A stretch of 22,861 nt of DNA from Myxococcota bacterium (GTDB lineage: Bacteria > Myxococcota > UBA4151): assembly GCA_040260805.1 (NCBI GenBank), contig JBDQPD010000053.1, positions 1 to 22,861 on the forward strand, read 5' to 3'. This document shows, piece by piece, positions 1-7,058 of this stretch. Under the pieces are notes generated by a model. It was given only the letters and a program-made list of their open reading frames with translations. It searched no databases and was not told the origin of the DNA. Within the stretch, counting starts at the first letter, position 1. Every line of letters starts with the position of its first letter. The position numbers and the translations under genes were made by a program.

Positions 1-774
1 GAGCTCGCCCGTGAAATTGAGGGGCGTGGACTCGGCGCCTTGCTGCTCTCAAACCCTTGCAACCCGACCGGGCGAACCATCCAAGGTGATGACCTAGCGG
101 CTTGGATCGACACCGCACGTCGCCTCGACTGCGCCGTGTTGAGCGATGAGTTTTACGGCTCGTACGTCTGGCAAGGGGTCGAGGAGGGCGAATCGGTCAG
201 CGCCGCACGCTATGTTGAGGACGTCAATGAAGACCCGGTGGTCGTCTTTAACGGGTTGACCAAGAACTGGCGCTATCCAGGCTGGCGCGTCAGCTGGGCT
301 GTGGGCCCCGAAGCGGTCATCTCGTCGGTCACCAGCGCCGGAAGTTTCTTAGACGGCGGCGGGTCTCGCCCGCTGCAACGCGCAGCTGTGGAGTTGCTCG
401 AGCCTGAACGCGTGCGGCTGGAGATGATTGCGCTTCAGCGCTGTTTCAAAGCTAAACGCACCATGATGCTGGATCGCCTCAAGGCGCTCGGTGTCCGATT
501 TGATCGTGAACCCGAAGGCAGCTTCTATGCGTGGGGAGACGTGGGCGCCTTACCTGAGTCACTCAACAGCGGCATGCGATTCTTTCGCGCAGCGCTGGAT
601 CAGCAGGTGATCGTGGTTCCCGGTGAGTTCTTTGACGTCAATCCTGGCAAGCGCCGCAAAGGCCGCCACGGCCGTTTTGAAAACCATGTGCGATTCAGCT
701 TCGGTCCCGAGGAATCCGTGCTCGAAGAGGGACTTAGCCGCTTAGAGCGTATGGTCCAGGCTGCATGCCGTTGA
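1..774 (+). CDS. PLP-dependent aminotransferase class I/II (aspartate/aromatic aminotransferase family), 5'-truncated by window edge
   Basis: Frame is open from base 1 (ELAREIEGRGLGALLLSNPCNPTG). Motifs SNPCNPTG, SDEFY, NGLTKNWRYPGWRV (PLP lysine), PEGSFY and VRFSFG. Confidence 0.93.
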   Translation, partial: ELAREIEGRGLGALLLSNPCNPTGRTIQGDDLAAWIDTARRLDCAVLSDEFYGSYVWQGVEEGESVSAARYVEDVNEDPVVVFNGLTKNWRYPGWRVSWAVGPEAVISSVTSAGSFLDGGGSRPLQRAAVELLEPERVRLEMIALQRCFKAKRTMMLDRLKALGVRFDREPEGSFYAWGDVGALPESLNSGMRFFRAALDQQVIVVPGEFFDVNPGKRRKGRHGRFENHVRFSFGPEESVLEEGLSRLERMVQAACR

Positions 775-837
775 CAGCCTAAAGGCTTAACCGCAGGTAC
801 CCCAAAGCCGTCTCACATCAGCGCCTAGGGAGCCCCA

Positions 838-2823
838 ATGGAGCACGATTCCGATCAGTTGTTGGTCAACACCATCAAAGCCTTATCGATGGACGCCGTT
901 CAAGCTGCCAACTCGGGACATCCCGGCGCCCCCATGGGCTTAGCTGATGTGGCGAGTGTTCTATGGACTCGGCATCTCACGGTGGACCCGGCTCAGCCCG
1001 AATTTTGTGATCGAGACCGGTTCGTATTGAGCGGTGGGCATGGCTCGATGTTGCTCTACAGTTTGTTGCACTTGAGCGGCTTTGATCTGCCCTTGTCCGA
1101 GATCAAAAACTTTCGGCAGCTGCACTCCAAGACGCCAGGTCATCCTGAGAACACGATCACTGCAGGTGTGGAAACGACGACCGGTCCTCTGGGCGCAGGG
1201 ATCTCCAATGCTGTGGGTATGGCGCTCGCTGAGCGTTACTTAGCGGCGCATTACAACCGCGGTGAACACCGCGTGGTGGATCACTTTACCTATGTGCTTT
1301 GTGGTGATGGAGACCTACAAGAGGGCATCAGCTACGAGGCATGCTCGTTCGCCGGGCATCAAGGCTTAGGTAAGCTGGTTCTTTTGTATGACGACAATCG
1401 AATCACCATCGATGGCTCGACCGATCTGAGCTGGAACGAAGACGTCGACGCACGCTTTGAGGCGATGGGTTGGCATGCGCAGAGTGTCGACGGTCATGAC
1501 CGCGAAGCGATCGATGTCGCCATCGAAGAAGCCAAAGCGGTCACCGATCGCCCGTCGATGATTCGTTGCCGCACGCACATCGGACACGGCAGCCCGAACA
1601 AACAAGACACCTCGGCTGCTCACGGCGCGCCCCTAGGCGAAGAAGAGATTCGTTTGACCAAGGCCGCCATGGGGTGGGTCCCGACCCAAGCCTTTGTCGT
1701 CCCCGACGAAGCCTACGCAGCCTTTGCGCCGATGCGCGCTCGTGGTTCGCAGAAGGGCACAGACTGGGCGACCGGCTTTGAAGCTTATCAAGCCGAACAC
1801 CCCGAGCTCGCTGCGCAGTGGACTCAGGTCCACAGCGGTGATGGGCTCCCTGATGACCTAGAAGCCTCACTTGAAGGCGCCGTCGACGGCTCCATGGCGA
1901 CCCGCAAGGCGTCGGGAGCCGCGCTTGCGATCCTCGCCGATAAGGTTCCTCAACTGTGGGGCGGCTCAGCCGATCTAGCGGGCTCGAACAACACCACCAT
2001 TGCGGGTGAGCCAAGCTGTCAGGCTGATTCTCCAGGTGGTAGGAACCTGAGCTTTGGGATTCGTGAGCACGGCATGGGCGGCATCATGAACGGCATCGCC
2101 CTTCATGGTGGCTTGATCCCTTACGGCGGCACCTTCCTGACCTTCTCAGATTACATGCGAGGTTCGATTCGCTTAGCCGCTTTGATGGAGCAGCGGGTGG
2201 TCTACGTCTTTACCCACGACTCGATCTTCTTGGGCGAAGATGGGCCGACCCACCAAGCGGTCGAGCACGCGATGGCGCTGCGTTTGATTCCAAATCTCGA
2301 TGTGCTCAGACCCTGCGACGCACGCGAAACGGCTGCTTGTTGGGCGGCTGCTTTGAGGCAGGACAAAGGTCCGAGCGCGCTGCTGCTCACCCGTCAGGGG
2401 CTGCCACCGCTCGAAGGTACCGAGCAAGCGATGACGAAGGTACAAAACGGAGCCTATATTTTGAGCTCTGATGCCGATCCAGAGTTGATCTTGATGGCGA
2501 CCGGATCTGAGGTTCAGCTCGCTGTGGGTGCCGCTCAGGCGCTTCGTGAGGCAGGTCATCAGGTGCGGGTGGTTTCGGTACCGAGCATGGACCGATTCTT
2601 AGCCTTGGATTCTGCAGCTCAAGAGGCGGTTTTGCCCGCTTCGGTGACGCGCAGGGTGGCGGTGGAAGCGGGTCGGACCTTTGGCTGGCAGGCTTTGGTC
2701 GGTGATTCGGGAGTGGTCGTCGGTATTGATCGCTTTGGTGAGTCTGCGCCGGCACCAGCTCTGGCTGAGCATTTCGGCTTCACCGTTGAGAACGTGCTGG
2801 CTCAAGCCAAGAGCTTGCTCTGA
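838..2823 (+). CDS. tkt: Transketolase
   Basis: 661 aa with [27 protein letters not shown], the GDG..N TPP motif, [23 protein letters not shown] and ATGSEV. GGGAG RBS just upstream. Confidence 0.98.
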   Translation: MEHDSDQLLVNTIKALSMDAVQAANSGHPGAPMGLADVASVLWTRHLTVDPAQPEFCDRDRFVLSGGHGSMLLYSLLHLSGFDLPLSEIKNFRQLHSKTPGHPENTITAGVETTTGPLGAGISNAVGMALAERYLAAHYNRGEHRVVDHFTYVLCGDGDLQEGISYEACSFAGHQGLGKLVLLYDDNRITIDGSTDLSWNEDVDARFEAMGWHAQSVDGHDREAIDVAIEEAKAVTDRPSMIRCRTHIGHGSPNKQDTSAAHGAPLGEEEIRLTKAAMGWVPTQAFVVPDEAYAAFAPMRARGSQKGTDWATGFEAYQAEHPELAAQWTQVHSGDGLPDDLEASLEGAVDGSMATRKASGAALAILADKVPQLWGGSADLAGSNNTTIAGEPSCQADSPGGRNLSFGIREHGMGGIMNGIALHGGLIPYGGTFLTFSDYMRGSIRLAALMEQRVVYVFTHDSIFLGEDGPTHQAVEHAMALRLIPNLDVLRPCDARETAACWAAALRQDKGPSALLLTRQGLPPLEGTEQAMTKVQNGAYILSSDADPELILMATGSEVQLAVGAAQALREAGHQVRVVSVPSMDRFLALDSAAQEAVLPASVTRRVAVEAGRTFGWQALVGDSGVVVGIDRFGESAPAPALAEHFGFTVENVLAQAKSLL

Positions 2824-4100
2824 ATCCCTGGCTGACGCTGGTCGGTGACCAGGCACGGATCAGCCCACGTCCCTTGCATGGAACGCTCAGCGTTCCTCCC
2901 TCCAAGAGCGAGACTCATCGCGCGCTGGTCCTCGCCGCTCGCAGTGAGGCGCCGATACGCATCGAGGGTCCACTCGCTGCGCAGGATACGCAATCGACCC
3001 GTGAGGCTTTGGCGCATTGCGGCGCATCGATTGAAGAAGAGGCGAGCGCATGGTTGGTCACTCCGAAGCGATTTGGTCCTCCAGACCACGCCCTTGATTG
3101 CGGTAACTCGGGAACGACGCTTCGCTTGATGACCGCTCAAGCGGCTTTGATGCCGGCTACGATCGAGCTGACAGGGGACGAGTCGCTTCGACGTCGCCCC
3201 AACCAACCTTTACTCGATGCGCTGAGCCAGCTTGGTGCGCGCATCTCGTGCGAACAGGGTCGGGCGCCGATCACCTTGCGTGGACCCATTGCTGGCGGTG
3301 AGGTGCGCTTACCTGGAGGACTGAGCTCGCAGTTTGCGTCGGCGCTGATGCTGGCTCTACCCTTTGCAGAGCGTGACTCCGTGCTCACGGTTGAGGCGCC
3401 GGTTCGGAGCCGGCCTTACCTCGACTTGACCTTGGCGATGGCTCAGCAGGCGGGGTTGAGTTTGGTCTTGAGCGAGTCCTCGGGGGGTGACCTGCGGGTT
3501 CTGATTCCGGGGCAGCAGCATCTCGCCCAGACTCGGATTAACGTCGGCGCAGATTGGTCGAGTGCAGCCCTTTTGATGGTCGCTGGTTTGCTGAGTAAGG
3601 GTTCGGTGGCGCTGACAGGCTTGGATCTTAACAGCGCCCAAGGGGATCGACGCGTGTTGGACTTGATCCGCCTGTTTGGTGGTCAGATTCAGGAGGGCGA
3701 ACAGTTGAGCGTTCAAGCGGACGCGCTCGTGAGTCCTGGGCGAATTGATGTGGCGCAAACACCTGACCTTTTTCCTCCGCTCTGCGCCCTAGCGGCCTGC
3801 GCGCAAGGTCAAACGTTGATCCAAGGTAGCCCCGGATTACGGCATAAGGAATGCGACCGGATTGCGGCGATGGCTCAGGGGTTAGCGAGCGCTGGCATCG
3901 AATGCGCAGAGCGCGCTGATGGCCTGATCATCACCGGAGGTCGCCCACAGGGAGCGGCCTTTAAAGCGCATGATGATCATCGTGTGCACATGGCGCTGTG
4001 TGCCCTGGCGTTGGGCGCTGACGGCTCAAGCACCGTGGACGGTGCCTGGAGTACGGTCATCTCGTACCCTGGTTTTCATCATGATTTGTCGCAGCTGTAG
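2820..4100 (+). CDS. aroA: 3-phosphoshikimate 1-carboxyvinyltransferase (EPSP synthase); start uncertain (CTG 2820 proposed, TTG 2874 is the first standard start)
   Basis: Motifs [60 protein letters not shown] and SYPGF. The frame is open upstream of 2874 and encodes an AroA-like first strand ([19 protein letters not shown]). Confidence 0.95.
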   Translation: MNPWLTLVGDQARISPRPLHGTLSVPPSKSETHRALVLAARSEAPIRIEGPLAAQDTQSTREALAHCGASIEEEASAWLVTPKRFGPPDHALDCGNSGTTLRLMTAQAALMPATIELTGDESLRRRPNQPLLDALSQLGARISCEQGRAPITLRGPIAGGEVRLPGGLSSQFASALMLALPFAERDSVLTVEAPVRSRPYLDLTLAMAQQAGLSLVLSESSGGDLRVLIPGQQHLAQTRINVGADWSSAALLMVAGLLSKGSVALTGLDLNSAQGDRRVLDLIRLFGGQIQEGEQLSVQADALVSPGRIDVAQTPDLFPPLCALAACAQGQTLIQGSPGLRHKECDRIAAMAQGLASAGIECAERADGLIITGGRPQGAAFKAHDDHRVHMALCALALGADGSSTVDGAWSTVISYPGFHHDLSQL

Positions 4101-4889
4101 CTAGAACCCGAGGCGCCTGAGCATTTGCGTGGGCTTAGCGGCCTTCATGAGCGCCGTACCGATCATGACGCCGTCGATCTCTTCGCGCAGCTCGGTGAGC
4201 TGATCTCGTGAATGAAAGCCGCCAACCGCTAAACGGATCCGGTCGGACGGTACCTTGTCTAAAAGCTGACCCATGCGCTGATGGTCGACTTTGAGGGTGT
4301 GCGGCACGCGCCCTCCCACGGCGATGATGCGCGCCCGGCAGCGAAGCGCTGCGTCGAGTTCGGCTTCATCGTGAACTAAGACCACCGCCGCCATGTTCAA
4401 GATGCGCGCCTGGCTCATCAGCTCGCCTAGGATGCGTTGTTCGACCAAGCTTGGCATCAAAAGGACCGCGTCAGCGCCCCAGACTCGGGCTTCGACGACT
4501 TGATAGGGCCGAATGATCAGACTGGCGCACAGCATCGGCAGATCACTGATCGAGCGCAGACGCTTGAGCAACTGCGGGCTGCCTCCGTACATCTCAGAGC
4601 AGTGAACCGCCAAAGCGCTGCCTCGATGTTCAAGAGCGTTGAGCAATGAGGTCACGTTGGCGGGGGCTCGCAAATCACCTTCGATCGGGCAGCGGCTCTT
4701 GAACTCACCGACTAGATGAAAGCGCTCTTGAGCCAGCGCGCTGTGGAAATAACGATCACTCGGACGCACCCGCCGCAGCAGCTGGCCAAGAGGCATCTGT
4801 TCCTCGCGCTGGAGAACTGCTTGGTGAGTTTGTGCAACGAGGCGGCTGAGATGGTCCTCAGTGACCGCTCCGCGTAAGCCAGGCATCAT
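4101..4889 (-). CDS. Indole-3-glycerol-phosphate synthase (TrpC)-like TIM-barrel protein, degenerate active site
   Basis: 262 aa from ATG 4889 (alternative 4886), colinear with TrpC: PSDRYFHSAL, GEFK, PMLCASLIIRPYQVVEAR..GADAVLLM, VHDEAEL, GVMIGTALM. Catalytic motifs are altered (see findings). The extension to 4985 in the ORF track runs through the promoter and is probably not coding. Confidence 0.88.
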   Translation of the reverse strand: MMPGLRGAVTEDHLSRLVAQTHQAVLQREEQMPLGQLLRRVRPSDRYFHSALAQERFHLVGEFKSRCPIEGDLRAPANVTSLLNALEHRGSALAVHCSEMYGGSPQLLKRLRSISDLPMLCASLIIRPYQVVEARVWGADAVLLMPSLVEQRILGELMSQARILNMAAVVLVHDEAELDAALRCRARIIAVGGRVPHTLKVDHQRMGQLLDKVPSDRIRLAVGGFHSRDQLTELREEIDGVMIGTALMKAAKPTQMLRRLGF

Positions 4890-4895
4890 GGAGAG

Positions 4896-4924
4896 AGTAT
4901 AGTCTATGGAAATTAAGATACCAA
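4896..4924 (-). promoter_or_regulatory. Putative sigma70-type promoter for the trpC-like gene (leaderless)
   Basis: On the minus strand: TTGGTA (4924-4919), 17 nt spacer, TATACT (4901-4896), 6 nt, ATG (4889). No Shine-Dalgarno in between. Confidence 0.6.
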
Positions 4925-4935
4925 CTATAATCTTA
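4914..4935. promoter_or_regulatory. Palindrome TAAGAT-N10-ATCTTA in the divergent trpC-like/aroC spacer, candidate operator; contains a plus-strand TATAAT (4926-4931)
   Basis: Read directly: taagat accaactata atctta, in a locally AT-rich patch of an otherwise GC-rich window. Confidence 0.45.
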
Positions 4936-5025
4936 CGCCTGATGAAATGACTCGACGCGCTCGACGGTCTGCTCATCCTAGTCAATGCTTGTCGTGAGCG
5001 CTAAGCCACACGAGGGGAGATGGTC

Positions 5026-6027
5026 ATGCCTGGCTCAAGCTTTGGTGCCGCGATTCGGTTGACGACTTTTGGCGAGAGCCACGGGCCGGCTTTGGGTGCG
5101 GTCATCGATGGGATGCCTGCCGGTTTATCGGTGTCACTCGAGGCGCTCGGACATGAGTTGGACCGTCGCCGGCCTGGGCGCTTAAGCGCAACGACCGCGC
5201 GCAATGAGTCCGATCAGCCCGAGGTACTCAGCGGGGTCTTTGAAGGGCTCACCTTGGGCACTCCCATTTGTGTGCTGGTACGCAACCAGGACGCGCGCCC
5301 CCAAGATTACGATGCGCTCAAAACGACCTATCGCCCAGGACACGCCGACCGATCCACTGTGCTCAAACATGGTTATCGAGATCATCGCGGGGGCGGCCGA
5401 GCGTCGGGGCGTGAGACCTTGGCTCGGGTGATTGGTGGTTACTTTGCGGGCCTTGTGTTGCCGGCTGCCACGCAGGTCACTAGCTGGATTGATCGCTTAG
5501 GTCCCTTTGTATCGTCTGCGGATCAACCGATCGGAGCCTATGGCTTGCGCGGTGTCTCCGACGCCGACGTCGAAGCCTATCTTGGTCAACTCAAAGAGGG
5601 CGGCGAGTCGATCGGTGCGCGGCTGGTGTGCCGTATTGATGCTCCGCCGGCTGGCCTGGGTGAGCCTGTCTTTGATAAACTCAAAAGCGATCTGGCGCGG
5701 GCGGTGATGAGCATCGGCGCCGTGACCGCTTTTGGCTACGGCTTGTCCACCGCCTTTGATTCGGCTTTAGGCTCTGAAGTGACCGCTCAGACGAGTCATT
5801 TTGGTGGCATCGAAGGCGGCATCTCAACGGGGGAGCCGATCGAGTTTGAGTGTACGGTTCGCCCGCCCTCAACGGTCGGTGAGAAGGCTAAAGCGGGACG
5901 CCATGACCCTTGCATCGCGCCGCGGGTGGTTCCGGTAGTCGAGGCGATGGCGAACCTCGTACTAGCCGACCACTTGCTCAGGCAAACAGCGCTCGACGCC
6001 TTTCAACCAAGGCCCGAGGGCTCATGA
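5026..6027 (+). CDS. aroC: Chorismate synthase
   Basis: Motifs TTFGESHG, LDRRRPG, RPGHAD, GGGRASGRET, GLGEPVFDKL, GGIEGGISTG and GRHDPC. GAGGGG RBS is better spaced to ATG 5026 than to 5020. Confidence 0.96.
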   Translation: MPGSSFGAAIRLTTFGESHGPALGAVIDGMPAGLSVSLEALGHELDRRRPGRLSATTARNESDQPEVLSGVFEGLTLGTPICVLVRNQDARPQDYDALKTTYRPGHADRSTVLKHGYRDHRGGGRASGRETLARVIGGYFAGLVLPAATQVTSWIDRLGPFVSSADQPIGAYGLRGVSDADVEAYLGQLKEGGESIGARLVCRIDAPPAGLGEPVFDKLKSDLARAVMSIGAVTAFGYGLSTAFDSALGSEVTAQTSHFGGIEGGISTGEPIEFECTVRPPSTVGEKAKAGRHDPCIAPRVVPVVEAMANLVLADHLLRQTALDAFQPRPEGS

Positions 6028-7013
6028 ACTCTATTCCGCTCGTTCCGCCTGGCGGCGTTCAAGAGCACCGCCCATGGCCCCATGAACTCTTATCAGGGGT
6101 TTGGTCTGAACAGCTCGAGCGCCTCACCAAGGGGCGAGGTTATCGCCTGATCGCCGAGCGACGCTTTGCGAGTCTTGTTGGTGCTGATGCAGTCCTTATC
6201 GATGGCGGTGAGCAGGTTAAGACGGTGGCTCAGCTTGAGGCTTTGGTCGCTCAACTGATCGAGTCGGGTCTGACCCGTGATCATGTGGTGGTGGGACTTG
6301 GCGGAGGCGCCGCAACGGATCTGATCGGTTTCGCCGCAGCGACTGTTTTTCGTGGCGTGGATTGGGTCGCAGTACCGACCACTGTGCTGGCTGCGGTTGA
6401 TGCTTCAATCGGTGGCAAAACAGCGGTCAACTTGGCGCTAGGTAAGAACTTGCTCGGCGCGTTTCATCAACCGCTTGGCGTGATCGTTGACCGGAACTTT
6501 TGGGACAGCTTGCCTCCCGTGGAGTGGCGCAGCGGCGCAGTAGAGATTTTTAAATCAGGTCTCTTACGTCCTGAATTGATGAGCGCTTTGATGGCCTGTG
6601 AAACGGCTCGCGATGCAGCTGAGCATGCGTTCGCTGCAGCCCAGCTCAAGCTCGATGTGGTGTCTGCTGACCCTCAAGAAAAGGGGCTGCGTGCTGCTCT
6701 AAATCTAGGTCACACCTTGGGTCACGCGCTCGAAAGCCAGGGCGCTGGTCGATTGCGTCATGGTGAAGCGGTCGCAATTGGACTCAGCGCGGTTTTGCGC
6801 ATCGCTCATCCCAAAGCGGACGAGCTGATCGAGAGGCTGAACCGGTGGGGGCTGCCGACTCGGGTTCCCGAATGGGCTGACTTTGAGGGGCTGGTTCACC
6901 TGATGCGACGCGACAAGAAATCGAACGCTCAGGGGCTGCGCGTCGTGCTGCCCCAAGCCTCGAGTTCGTGTGTGCTTGTGGAAGGGTTTGAGCCTGAGCG
7001 CTTGCTCGCTTAG
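6024..7013 (+). CDS. aroB: 3-dehydroquinate synthase
   Basis: ATGA overlap with the aroC stop sets the start at 6024. Motifs GGEQVKT, GLGGGAATDLIGF, PTTVLAAVDASIGGKTAVN, GKNLLGAFHQP, LNLGHTLGHALE, HGEAV and RDKK. Confidence 0.95.
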   Translation: MNSIPLVPPGGVQEHRPWPHELLSGVWSEQLERLTKGRGYRLIAERRFASLVGADAVLIDGGEQVKTVAQLEALVAQLIESGLTRDHVVVGLGGGAATDLIGFAAATVFRGVDWVAVPTTVLAAVDASIGGKTAVNLALGKNLLGAFHQPLGVIVDRNFWDSLPPVEWRSGAVEIFKSGLLRPELMSALMACETARDAAEHAFAAAQLKLDVVSADPQEKGLRAALNLGHTLGHALESQGAGRLRHGEAVAIGLSAVLRIAHPKADELIERLNRWGLPTRVPEWADFEGLVHLMRRDKKSNAQGLRVVLPQASSSCVLVEGFEPERLLA

Positions 7014-7058
7014 GGTGTCTGAGCAGGTCGACGCCTGCGCACTTTAGGGAGACGGTCT

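Noticed and set aside
771..800. Perfect TTGACA (771-776) and small palindrome AGCCT-AA-AGGCT upstream of tkt
   Set aside because: No credible -10 at 16-18 nt spacing. The TTGA is partly explained by the stop codon, and the palindrome is too short to call.
4101..4889. Calling the TrpC-like gene a pseudogene or a functional trpC
   Set aside because: The ORF is intact and full length with an apparent promoter, so it is not an obvious pseudogene. It lacks essential catalytic residues, so the trpC symbol is withheld.
4890..4985. 32-aa N-terminal extension of the TrpC-like ORF
   Set aside because: No TrpC similarity; it runs across the AT-rich promoter region.
5910..6023. Longer aroB start at 5910
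   Set aside because: It overlaps aroC by over 100 nt; the ATGA coupling at 6024 is more plausible.
7023..7038. GCAGG-N6-CCTGC hairpin after aroB as a terminator
   Set aside because: Only a 5-bp stem with no adjacent U-tract.
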